DNA from: an uncultured Clostridia bacterium
GTDB taxonomy: Bacteria > Bacillota > Clostridia > Christensenellales > UBA1242
NCBI GenBank assembly: GCA_944349415.1
Contig: CALVMX010000002.1
Span: 946 to 64,945, forward strand
DNA: 64,000 bases
Direction: 5' to 3'
This document shows, piece after piece, positions 9,351 to 17,815 of the stretch. The notes beneath the pieces were generated by a model. That model was not told the DNA's origin. It worked only from the letters and a program-made list of their open reading frames with translations, and searched no databases. The number at the start of each line of letters is the position of its first letter. Positions within the stretch are counted from its first letter, which is position 1. A program made the position numbers and the translations under genes.

Positions 9351-10390
9351 TGAAACAAGTGAAAAAGATAAACATTCAATCTACAGAATATAACAATAAT
9401 TTAGATTTTTATACGATGTTGAAGTTGCTTATACAATGCCAACTAAATGATAGACAACTAATCAATATACAAAATGTACTTATATCAAACTCCGAAAAAA
9501 TAGCAAACGACACATCATTAGTAAAGACTCTGATTTTGGATAATACTTCTATTGTACGATCAAATACAGGAAAATACGAATCATTAAATTATTTTCTTAA
9601 TACAATTGAATCTATTAATTCTAAAATGTGGTGTGCATTTTTAGATTTAGCAATTGACCTTTTAATGGTCAAAGACCTAATATTGCAAGAATCAAAAGTT
9701 TATGCCGCAAATGAATACAAAAAAGAATTGAGAGAAATTAGCGACCAATTAAGCGTTGAATATGATATGTCTGGATTACATTTGCCTTATGGTCAAAGGG
9801 TTATTAGCTCACTTCTCCTTTTTGCATTTTCTGATATTACTAGAAAATCTGATTTTATTTTGTCTAATAGCGATCAGATTGTTAAAAACTTTTCAACTAA
9901 AATTAAAAAGCTAACAAAAATTTACAAATTAAATGTAAATAATATGTTTCATATCTTAATGGACGAATCAATGAATCAAAGTATTAAATCTGATGCTGGT
10001 TCAAGTTATGAAAGCAGGGTTTCTCAAATGTTATCGCCAATTGTGGAGAAGTTAAATGGTCATTCTCATGACTCAAAAATACCTTCTGTAGAATACGATA
10101 ACACATTTATTCTTAACAATAAACCATGTGGAGTAAGTGCTAAAAGAACCTTAAGAGAAAGATATAAACAAAACTTGGAAGATGTAGAAAAATTAGATGT
10201 TGATTATATGTTTGTTATAACTTTAGGTATTGATCTTAACGAAGATAAGTTGAATAATATTTTACAGAAAAATGGCATTTATGTCGTTGTTAGCCAAGAA
10301 GAATATAATGCTAGGTCGTTCTTTAATCAAAATTCCAAAGTTATTTCTTCTGCTGATCTTGAACAATCATTGAAAAGGATTGTTTTATAA
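9350..10390 (+). CDS. Putative type II restriction endonuclease, cognate to the m5C MTase
   Basis: The start overlaps the MTase stop (TAATG), so the two are translationally coupled. The C-terminal half has weak PD-(D/E)XK-like spacing (SYESRV...VEYD...VSAKR). The family was not recognised by eye. Confidence 0.5.
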   Translation: MKQVKKINIQSTEYNNNLDFYTMLKLLIQCQLNDRQLINIQNVLISNSEKIANDTSLVKTLILDNTSIVRSNTGKYESLNYFLNTIESINSKMWCAFLDLAIDLLMVKDLILQESKVYAANEYKKELREISDQLSVEYDMSGLHLPYGQRVISSLLLFAFSDITRKSDFILSNSDQIVKNFSTKIKKLTKIYKLNVNNMFHILMDESMNQSIKSDAGSSYESRVSQMLSPIVEKLNGHSHDSKIPSVEYDNTFILNNKPCGVSAKRTLRERYKQNLEDVEKLDVDYMFVITLGIDLNEDKLNNILQKNGIYVVVSQEEYNARSFFNQNSKVISSADLEQSLKRIVL

Positions 10391-10395
10391 TCTTT

Positions 10396-10728
10396 ATGAA
10401 AGCATTAATTATTAAAAAACCGTGGATTGATTATATATTAAATGGAAGTAAAGTTTGGGAAATTCGTGGAAGCAAAACCAACATTAGAGGACAAATAGAA
10501 CTTATACAAAGTGGTAGCGGTTTAGTTGTAGGTTCTTGCGAGATTATAGATTGCAAAGAATTAACATTAGAAGATTACAAAAACAATATTGATAAACACA
10601 CCATTCAAGATATTGATTCTCTTCCCTACAAAAAGACTTATGCTTGGATTCTCACAAATGCTAAAAGATATGAAACATCTAGACGATATAAGCATCCTAA
10701 TGGTGTTATAATTTGGGTAAATTTATAA
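10396..10728 (+). CDS. ASCH (PUA-like fold) domain protein
   Basis: The N-terminus ALIIKKPWIDYILNGSKVWEIRGSKTNIRGQIELIQSG matches the ASCH consensus (IKQPWA..I..G.K..E.R). It starts 5 nt after the REase stop. Confidence 0.6.
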   Translation: MKALIIKKPWIDYILNGSKVWEIRGSKTNIRGQIELIQSGSGLVVGSCEIIDCKELTLEDYKNNIDKHTIQDIDSLPYKKTYAWILTNAKRYETSRRYKHPNGVIIWVNL

Positions 10729-10774
10729 GAACGGACTAACCATCTGTTCTTTTTTATTGCAAATATAATATTAA

Positions 10775-10983
10775 GGTATCACACGTATCACAGGTATCAC
10801 TAAAAATTGAAAAAGTGCCTAAAAATAAGGGTTTTAGCAATAAAAATGTAGTGATACCTTGTGCTACCAAGGTGTCACTAAGGTATCACTCCTAAAAATG
10901 CAAAAAATTTAAAAAGGTAAAAAGGATTTTGGTGTTGTTTATCACTAGTATCACAAAATGATACCTGTGATACGTGTGACACC
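10775..10983. repeat. Iteron/operator array: at least 11 copies of GGTATCAC-like 7-8-mers in both orientations, bounded by a 26-bp inverted repeat
   Basis: The left arm is GGTATCACACGTATCACAGGTATCAC (10775-10800). The right arm (10958-10983) matches its reverse complement at 24 of 26 positions. Internal copies lie at 10851, 10871, 10882, 10938 and 10948. Confidence 0.85.
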
Positions 10984-11170
10984 TTATGATCAAAAACAGA
11001 TTTTTATAGTAGTTATACCTAGATAAAACAACATTCATTTTATTTTTTCAACCTTTTGGTATTAAAATATTAGCAAATTTTATAAAGTGGGCACGATGTG
11101 AAATAAAAGGGAACAAAATGAATACAAAAACCGTGACCAATCCCGTATAATAGAAGTATAAAGAAAGAAA

Positions 11171-11770
11171 TTGCCGATAAGAGAAGTTGTAAAAACTTCT
11201 TTTTTTTGTTAGAAAAAATTTTAATGTAAACAATGTGTTGACAGTGGGCTTGATAAACTATAAGAAAAAAACAAAAAAATTTCCCGTTGGTTCAAATGGT
11301 GAGCCAGCGGGAATTGTAAAATAACTTTATAAATTTTTATGATCCACAAGATATGTGTGTAACAAAGAGTTTAAGATTTTATAAAAAATAAATCCCGTAG
11401 CACACAACGTGTGTGATGCGACTTTGTTGCCATGATAAAGAAAAAAGATATTTCGTTTGACCAAACGTTGATAAAGCGAGATTGATAAAATTTAAAAAAG
11501 ATTTGCCGATAGGAAAAACGTGTTCCGATCGAAAGAGTTAAAACAAAAAATATATTCTATTCGGAACAATGGTTTCCGAGTTGAAAATGTATCATATAGC
11601 AAAAGGAGATAAAGAATGAGAAAAATTTTTTTCGAATGTTCAAATGGTAAGCACTCGACAAATGTAAAATTGTCATGAAAATTTTCAAAAAAGTTTTGCC
11701 GCGTTATCAAATGGTGCTACAGCGAGATTGATAAAATTAGGAAAAAATATTTCACGCTTCACCAAATGGT
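11171..11770. repeat. Non-coding, repeat-dense region upstream of rep. Candidate replication origin.
   Basis: CAAATGGT occurs 4 times in the same orientation (11293, 11641, 11708, 11763). AGCGAGATTGATAAAATT occurs twice (about 11476 and about 11720). TTGCCGATA occurs twice (11171, 11503). Modules are preceded by A-runs. Confidence 0.6.
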
Positions 11771-11911
11771 GGTAATAAGGCTTTGCTAGAATAAGTATAA
11801 AAATCAACCAATATCGGTTTTACCGATGGACTGCAGCCGTCGTTAAAATATAGCCAAAGTTAAGACTTGATCAACCTTAATGTTGGCACAAAATCTAATA
11901 AAGGAGATAAA

Positions 11912-12565
11912 ATGAGAAATTTCATATTTGAATTTGAACAAGAAAAAGCATTAGAGTTCGGCTTAAAATTAAACGAATTATTATTGCTTGATTATATGTT
12001 GAAATTCTTCCATACAGATCGAATTAAAAGACAAAGAAAAGGAGAACGATTTTATTGTAGACTTACTTATAACAAAGTTTTGGGCGACCTACCTATCCTT
12101 AGAATAAAGGAAAGACAATTGAGAAATATGATTATATGTCTGGAAAAGAAAGGAATAGTTGAAAGGTTCTCTGAACTGAAAAATCAAATGTATCTATATG
12201 TGGACTTTAATAAGTTATTTGGCAATGATTTGCTTAACGGCACAAATGGACAAGCAACTTCTTGCCTAGATGTCGGAAGCAAAGTTCCTACAATAGATAA
12301 TTATGATAATAATAAAATAAAAATAAAAATTAATAACGAGCGTATACGAGAGCTTGATTTAGAAATTTTCAATAAAGTATTACATGAGTTATTAAAAGAA
12401 AGAGTAAGTAAAATATCTTACGAGTTATTCTTTCATGTTACCAAAGCAATTCAATTAGAAGATGATGGAATTATATTCAGAGTTAAATGGAAAGGACGTA
12501 TCGAACAGGCTTTTATGGATAAATTCACTTCAATAGTTGAAGAAGCTGTCTCAAAATTTATTTAA
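11912..12565 (+). CDS. Replication-initiator-like protein (N-terminal winged-helix of the DnaD/replisome-organiser type, C-terminal DnaA-N-like segment)
   Basis: ATG at 11912 after AAAGGAG. It contains LTYNKVLGDLPILRIKERQLRNMIICLEKKGIVERF (wHTH-like). The C-terminus SYELFFHVTKAIQLEDDGIIFRVKWKGRIEQAFMDKF resembles the DnaA domain I pattern. Assignment is by pattern only. Confidence 0.5.
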   Translation: MRNFIFEFEQEKALEFGLKLNELLLLDYMLKFFHTDRIKRQRKGERFYCRLTYNKVLGDLPILRIKERQLRNMIICLEKKGIVERFSELKNQMYLYVDFNKLFGNDLLNGTNGQATSCLDVGSKVPTIDNYDNNKIKIKINNERIRELDLEIFNKVLHELLKERVSKISYELFFHVTKAIQLEDDGIIFRVKWKGRIEQAFMDKFTSIVEEAVSKFI

Positions 12566-12921
12566 TACCCCCTAGGGGCGGTCAAATCTCTAAGCAAAAC
12601 TCTTTTATGAGCGGGGCGGCAATCTCACACAAAAATTCGCAAAATCAAAAATCTAATAAAAAATCAAAAAAAATGAAAAGAAAATGGCTCAAAAGAGTCT
12701 AAAAATATGGGATTTATAATGATTTTGATTTTGTGAAAAATAATTAAAATAAATCAAATGTGAATCAAAAATATTCAAAATATTTGATAGTCGGCAATTT
12801 TATGTTTTGGAAAGCTGTTAAAAACGATTGTCGCCAACTTTATTTCAAAATGGATAAATTATCCAAGAAGGATTGTTTCAAGCGATTTGAAAGGGTTTTT
12901 GCAAGGAATTTGAGCATTCAA

Positions 12922-13000
12922 ACAAGATTACAAAGATACAAAGTTACAAAGATACAAGAAAACAAGATTACAAAATTTCAAGGATACAAAGATACAAGGA
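12922..13000. repeat. Two direct repeats of about 40 bp built from GATACAA(A/G)/GATTACAAA sub-repeats, upstream of xis/int
   Basis: ACAAGATTACAAAGATACAAAGTTACAAAGATACAAGAAA is followed by ACAAGATTACAAAATTTCAAGGATACAAAGATACAAGGAT. Confidence 0.8.
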
Positions 13001-13111
13001 TTTTATTTTAATTTATTTTGCTGTTTCACTGGACTTGTAAAGTTCTTTGCGGTACTTTTTGTTTCGCATAGAACCTCTAATCTAGTGAGCATCAGCACAC
13101 GGAGAGGTATC

Positions 13112-13330
13112 ATGAAAAGAATTAGAACAATAAATGAAACATTACTAATGTTAAAACAAGAAGATCCAAACAGTGGGCTTAGCGATTTTCTTATTAGAAA
13201 ACTTGCAAACAGCTACAAAATACGCTCATTTAAAACTGGAAATAAAATACTAATTGACTATGATTCATTAATGGCATATTTACGTAGTGAAGATTACGAC
13301 TTACCAATGGAACAAGTTATTATGAGATAA
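13112..13330 (+). CDS. Small HTH DNA-binding protein, excisionase-like
   Basis: ATG at 13112 after GGAGAGG. The product is 72 aa and sits immediately upstream of the integrase. The call rests on position and size; no motif-level proof. Confidence 0.5.
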   Translation: MKRIRTINETLLMLKQEDPNSGLSDFLIRKLANSYKIRSFKTGNKILIDYDSLMAYLRSEDYDLPMEQVIMR

Positions 13331-13344
13331 AAGGAGAAATAAAT

Positions 13345-14736
13345 ATGGCATGTATACAGAAAAAGAAATTATTAGATGGAACAATATCTTATAGAGTTCA
13401 AGTAAAAGCAAAGAACCTAAGAACTGGAAAGTTCGAAGCTAAAGCAATAACCTGGAAGAAACCACTAGAGCTAACTGAAACACAAGCAAAGAAAGGGCTT
13501 CAAAGAATTGCACTAGAACTAGAAGAAAAATTTAACAAACAACTAAATGGACTACTAGCAGTAGACAATGATATAACCTTTATAGATTATGCTGAAAGAT
13601 GGCTAGAAAAAATTAAGAACACTCGTTCCCTTAACTACTATGTTAAGGGGCGAGATTGCTTGAAAAAATTCTATAAATATTTCGGCAATATAAAACTTAA
13701 CCAAATAACACCAGTAATGGTGCAAGGTTTCCTAGATGATATGATGATGAAGAGATACGAAAAGAAAACTGCAAGGCTTACTGGCGACCTTAACCAATAC
13801 TTAAAATCTCATTGCATCAAGCAAGTAGATGCTCTAAAAAAGATTGGAATATCTAAATCAATACTAGCATCAGCAAATGCAGGATACTGCATACGAATTG
13901 AAAATGCAGAAAAAATATGTAATGCACTAGGATTAAAATATGATGACTACTTTACAACAGAAATACAAAGCCACGCTTATGCAAAAGAAACAATAATGAA
14001 ACTAAAACGAACACTAGCAACAATACTAGCCGATGCAAAGCGACAACGACTGGTTGAACACAACTTCGCATCTCGTGACTATATAGCACCAATACAAGGA
14101 TATAAAAAAGAAGTTAAAATACTAAACGATAAAGAAGCTAAGGTGTTAGCCAACTACTTACACACAGAACCAAACCCTAGATGGAAGATAGCATTACTCA
14201 CAGTACTATTTATGGGATTAAGACGTGGCGAACTTGCAGGACTAGAATGGAAAGATATTGACTACGAAAACAAGACAATGACCATAGCAAGGTCGGTTCA
14301 AGACATTATAGGCTTTGGACTTATAACCAAAGAGCCAAAAACTGAAAACTCCAAAAGAACAATATCAATGCCAGATAAACTAATTGAATACTTAAAGGAA
14401 TATGAAACTTGGTGGCTAAACCAAAAGAAATATCTTGGAGATAGACTTGGAAATACCGATAGATTATTCTGCACAGAAGATGGCACAGATATATCCCCTG
14501 GGTTATTCAGAGTGTGGCTACAAAAGACACTGGCAAAAGTTGACTTGCCAAAAGTAACTCTTCACTCCCTAAGACACACAAACATAACCTTACAATTGGT
14601 AGCAGGAGTAGATATGAAAACAGTATCTGCCCGTGCAGGACACTCAAAAGCCAGTACAACTTCAGACTTCTACAGCCACTTTATAAAGAACTCGGATATA
14701 CACGCGAGCGAGATTATAAATAAAATTTTTGATTAA
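13345..14736 (+). CDS. int: Tyrosine site-specific recombinase (integrase)
   Basis: Catalytic regions GLRRGELAGLEWKDI, HSLRHT and ARAGHSKASTTSDFYSH. The N-terminus is arm-binding-like (ISYRVQVKAKN). An HTH-like insert reads GISKSILASANAGYCIRIENAEKICNALGL. RBS AAGGAG. Confidence 0.9.
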   Translation: MACIQKKKLLDGTISYRVQVKAKNLRTGKFEAKAITWKKPLELTETQAKKGLQRIALELEEKFNKQLNGLLAVDNDITFIDYAERWLEKIKNTRSLNYYVKGRDCLKKFYKYFGNIKLNQITPVMVQGFLDDMMMKRYEKKTARLTGDLNQYLKSHCIKQVDALKKIGISKSILASANAGYCIRIENAEKICNALGLKYDDYFTTEIQSHAYAKETIMKLKRTLATILADAKRQRLVEHNFASRDYIAPIQGYKKEVKILNDKEAKVLANYLHTEPNPRWKIALLTVLFMGLRRGELAGLEWKDIDYENKTMTIARSVQDIIGFGLITKEPKTENSKRTISMPDKLIEYLKEYETWWLNQKKYLGDRLGNTDRLFCTEDGTDISPGLFRVWLQKTLAKVDLPKVTLHSLRHTNITLQLVAGVDMKTVSARAGHSKASTTSDFYSHFIKNSDIHASEIINKIFD

Positions 14737-14791
14737 AATGGCAATAATTGTTATAAAAACAACAAAATTTTGATTTTTTGTTAAAATTTTC

Positions 14792-14820
14792 TTGACATGT
14801 GCTTTTGAAAATGATAATAT
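14792..14820 (+). promoter_or_regulatory. Sigma-70-type promoter for the ATPase gene
   Basis: TTGACA (14792-14797), 17-nt spacer, TAATAT (14815-14820). Confidence 0.6.
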
Positions 14821-14840
14821 TTAGGCGTGGAGGTAAGAAA

Positions 14841-16235
14841 ATGATAGTAAATTATTCTTTTAAGAACTTTAGAAGTTATTATGATATGCAAGAATTTAGC
14901 ATGGCGGCAAAATCTTACAATGACAATGAACAAAATTTACAAGAGATAGACGACTCTATTGCTACTAAAAGCAATAAATTATTAAAATCAGCTATATTGC
15001 TTGGATGTAATGGCGCTGGAAAATCTAACTTTGTCGCTTCTTTAGGATATCTTACATATTTAATAAAGCAATCTTATGTTAATTTCCAAAACAACAAGCA
15101 GACTTCATTTTTTGCATCAGAGAAATTTAAATTTATTGATGAGGCTAAAAACGAACCAACTTGCTTTAGCCTTGAGTTTATAGCAAATGACAATAGCAAT
15201 TATTCTTATGAGCTTGAACTTGATGTGGACAAAGATATTCCTTTTGTAAGAAAAGAAACCTTATCAAAAAGATTAAATAACGGTAAAAATAGATTAGCTT
15301 TTTCACAGTATATCTTTCACCGCAATTTTGATGAAATTGTTGAGGGAGATAATTCTATTATGAATTTGTTTAATTTCATAAAGCCACAAAAAGAATTTTT
15401 ACTGATCTCTTATCTTTTTACTTCAAACCTAAATGATACTATATTAGATCTTATTAATCCTGTAAAGAATTGGTTCAATAATTTATGCATTATTGAAGCA
15501 GATACCGAGATTATGATTGATTTAAATCTAATTACTGAAAAAGATCTAGATTTTGTTACTAAGATAATAAGTGCATATACTAGACCTCTTTCAAGAATTG
15601 TAAAGAGTAGTAATCAATTAGATATCATGCCGGAAGAACTACGAACTCCACAAGTTGCAATTAACACATTGAATAAAAAATATCCTAATGGGTTGCCTGG
15701 CGTAATTACTATTTTGCAAAATGGGGTATTTGCTCAAGATTTAATTGGAATTTTTAACATCTTTAATAGTGACGGAAAACAAACAGGTGATTTTAAATAC
15801 TCAATATTTGATACTAGTTCAAGAATATTATCCAAAGGTGAAAAGAAAATTATATTTTTAATGCTTTATATCAAACAAGCTTTAGATAAGGGTTCAGTTA
15901 TATTGGTTGATGAAATGGAAACATCTTTACACAAAAATGTATGTGAGTTAATTATTGATATGTTTAATGATAATGATGTTAACAAAAATAAAGCTCAAGC
16001 AATTTTTACAACTCAAAACATAAATATGATTGATTATAAATTTAGAAAAGATCAAGTTTTCTTAATAAGAAAGGATCAAATGTGGGGAAAATCCAATATT
16101 TCTTCACTAGCCCAAATTAGTAAAACCGAAAAAGTCATAAGAAAAGATGTAAAGCTTTCCAAAATATTTGAAAAAGAAATAGAAGGGACAACCTCCCCAA
16201 TTAACTTAAATCTTATAAAAACTATTCTGAATTAG
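14841..16235 (+). CDS. ABC-type AAA_15/AAA_21-family ATPase with no recognisable nuclease domain
   Basis: N-terminus IVNYSFKNFRSY. Walker A GCNGAGKS. Signature-like LSKGEKK. Walker B ILVDEMETSLH. ATG at 14841 after GGAGG. Confidence 0.8.
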   Translation: MIVNYSFKNFRSYYDMQEFSMAAKSYNDNEQNLQEIDDSIATKSNKLLKSAILLGCNGAGKSNFVASLGYLTYLIKQSYVNFQNNKQTSFFASEKFKFIDEAKNEPTCFSLEFIANDNSNYSYELELDVDKDIPFVRKETLSKRLNNGKNRLAFSQYIFHRNFDEIVEGDNSIMNLFNFIKPQKEFLLISYLFTSNLNDTILDLINPVKNWFNNLCIIEADTEIMIDLNLITEKDLDFVTKIISAYTRPLSRIVKSSNQLDIMPEELRTPQVAINTLNKKYPNGLPGVITILQNGVFAQDLIGIFNIFNSDGKQTGDFKYSIFDTSSRILSKGEKKIIFLMLYIKQALDKGSVILVDEMETSLHKNVCELIIDMFNDNDVNKNKAQAIFTTQNINMIDYKFRKDQVFLIRKDQMWGKSNISSLAQISKTEKVIRKDVKLSKIFEKEIEGTTSPINLNLIKTILN

Positions 16236-16476
16236 ATATAATCAAATTAGTTGACGGTTTGTTTATATAATAAAAAACTTTTGCTCGTTCTATGCAAAGA
16301 AAGGAGGTGAAAAAAATAATAGAACAAAAAAAGCCTTTAGAAGTACCAGTTCCAAAGGCAACAAGATAAAAGACGGAGTCCAGTATCTACGCTGATATTA
16401 TTTTATCAAATTTTATCAATTAAGTCAACAGCTGTGCTCCTATTTTATCATAAAATCTTAATAGGAGGAAGATAAT

Positions 16477-16782
16477 ATGACAGATTTTTATATTAAAGCT
16501 GTTCACTATTCAACCAACTATAAAGGAAATCAGGTTATATTTTCAGCAAAAGTATGTCCTAATAACGGGGGATATTTTGGAGCTGAAAGAATTTGGTCTA
16601 GAATGGAAATAATAAATGCAATCGAAAACCAAAGAAAAAACTTTAAGACGGTATATAAGAGAAATGGAACTTATTATATTGGCTATGATGTCCTTGTAAT
16701 TGAAGTTGATGGAGAAAAGTATATTAGAACAGATAATAATAGAAGAACTATTGATAATCTTGGTGAAATTGAAGAGTTCTAA
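16477..16782 (+). CDS. DUF3892-like small protein (101 aa)
   Basis: The pattern I.AV.Y.......I....V......W.....I..I......F.T........V.V..V.G..YIRT..N....DNLG.I is recalled as the DUF3892 signature. RBS AGGAGG. Confidence 0.6.
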   Translation: MTDFYIKAVHYSTNYKGNQVIFSAKVCPNNGGYFGAERIWSRMEIINAIENQRKNFKTVYKRNGTYYIGYDVLVIEVDGEKYIRTDNNRRTIDNLGEIEEF

Positions 16783-16785
16783 TGT

Positions 16786-16815
16786 AAAAGGCATCTCGCA
16801 AATGAGGTGCCTTTT
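16786..16815. terminator. Hairpin terminator between the DUF3892 gene and the tRNA
   Basis: AAAAGGCATCTC, loop GCAAAT, GAGGTGCCTTTT. Confidence 0.6.
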
Positions 16816-16825
16816 CCTTATAAAT

Positions 16826-16902
<77 letters not shown>

Positions 16903-17028
16903 ATAACGGTTTTTTATTGGTGCTTGGGTGAACTTTTGGTGAACTTTGGTTTTGTGTGATTTTTGATTACTTGCAAATTGTCAGTGTTTTAGGGACGAAT
17001 TGAGGTTTTATTTTCGTCCAAATCGGTA

Positions 17029-17068
17029 CTTAGGAGGGCACTGCGTTATCCTATTACGCTACGGAAAC
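17029..17068 (-). pseudogene. tRNA-Arg(CCT) 5'-half remnant (acceptor 5' strand, D arm, anticodon 5' stem and loop). Proposed right junction of the island.
   Basis: The minus strand reads GTTTCCG TA GCGT AATAGGATA ACGC A GTGCC CTCCTAA G. The D stem pairs perfectly. Sequence after the loop (TACCGATTTGG...) is not tRNA-like. Confidence 0.7.
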
Positions 17069-17199
17069 AAATCTTTTTTAAGTATAGCATAGTTTTTTTG
17101 GAAATGCAAGAATTTGAATGTTTGTGTTTTTAAATTTAGACATTTTGAATTAATGTTTAAGAAACATTTTCAAAAAATTTAAAATTTTTTAAAAAAGTC

Positions 17200-17227
17200 T
17201 TGACAAATCCCCCCCCCGTGTTATGAT
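17200..17227 (+). promoter_or_regulatory. Sigma-70-type promoter with a C9 homopolymer in the spacer
   Basis: TTGACA (17200-17205), 16-nt spacer containing C9 (17209-17217), then TGT TATGAT (extended -10, 17219-17227). Confidence 0.6.
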
Positions 17228-17250
17228 ATGGCTATATATGGGAGGTTTTT

Positions 17251-17805
17251 ATGGATAAAAATAATAAAATATGGTATAAAGATGAAAAAGAAAGAGAAAA
17301 GGTTCTGAAAGATATTAATTCAGATAGTTATACAAGATATGCAGAAAAAATAAATTTAAGTATAGATATAGTAGAAAAAGAAATAGAGTTAGCTATTTAT
17401 GCTTTAGAGCTTAAATATGATAATATTACGTTTGATAATTTAGAGGCCGTGAATAAATCATTTGCCAAGATGTGGTTTGCTAAAATGGGTATATCAGAAG
17501 ATAAAAAGCAAGACAGTGAAGACAGTAAAACCTCAAATTATTTTCAACAATATTATGCCAAAGAAGTGGCAAATTTTACTAAGGAATTAGAAAAACTAAA
17601 TATAACAGATTCACAAGATTTAATAGATATTTTGCCGCTTATTAGATTTTGTGCTTTTTCAAGTTATCTTTTTGGTAAGGAAAAAATGCAAAGTCTTGGA
17701 AATGAAGTATATAAGGAGGTGGTAGTTCTTGTATTCTCATCAAAAGATGGTGAAAATAAAGATTTAAAAGATTATATCAACGAAGAACTTGACAAAATAA
17801 AATAG
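17251..17805 (+). CDS. Hypothetical protein (184 aa)
   Basis: ORF with RBS GGGAGG. No family recognised. Confidence 0.6.
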   Translation: MDKNNKIWYKDEKEREKVLKDINSDSYTRYAEKINLSIDIVEKEIELAIYALELKYDNITFDNLEAVNKSFAKMWFAKMGISEDKKQDSEDSKTSNYFQQYYAKEVANFTKELEKLNITDSQDLIDILPLIRFCAFSSYLFGKEKMQSLGNEVYKEVVVLVFSSKDGENKDLKDYINEELDKIK

Positions 17806-17815
17806 GAGGATGATT

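Noticed and set aside
11048-11710. Minus-strand ORFs 11048..11233 (61 aa) and 11492..11710 (72 aa) in the rep-upstream region.
   Set aside because: They have no RBS, their translations are hydrophobic or low-complexity, and they overlap the iteron-like repeats. The region is treated as non-coding.
12760-13011. An 83-aa ORF upstream of xis.
   Set aside because: Its C-terminal third is a translation of the GATACAA(A/G) repeat blocks (RLQRYKVTKIQENKITKFQGYKDTR). It has a GTG start without an RBS. It is more likely regulatory DNA.
16293-16373. A strong SD-like AAAGGAGGTG in the ATPase-DUF3892 spacer suggested a hidden small gene.
   Set aside because: No ATG, GTG or TTG lies at a suitable distance downstream of the SD. 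The only ORF (ATG at 16293, 26 codons) starts upstream of the SD. Not supportable.
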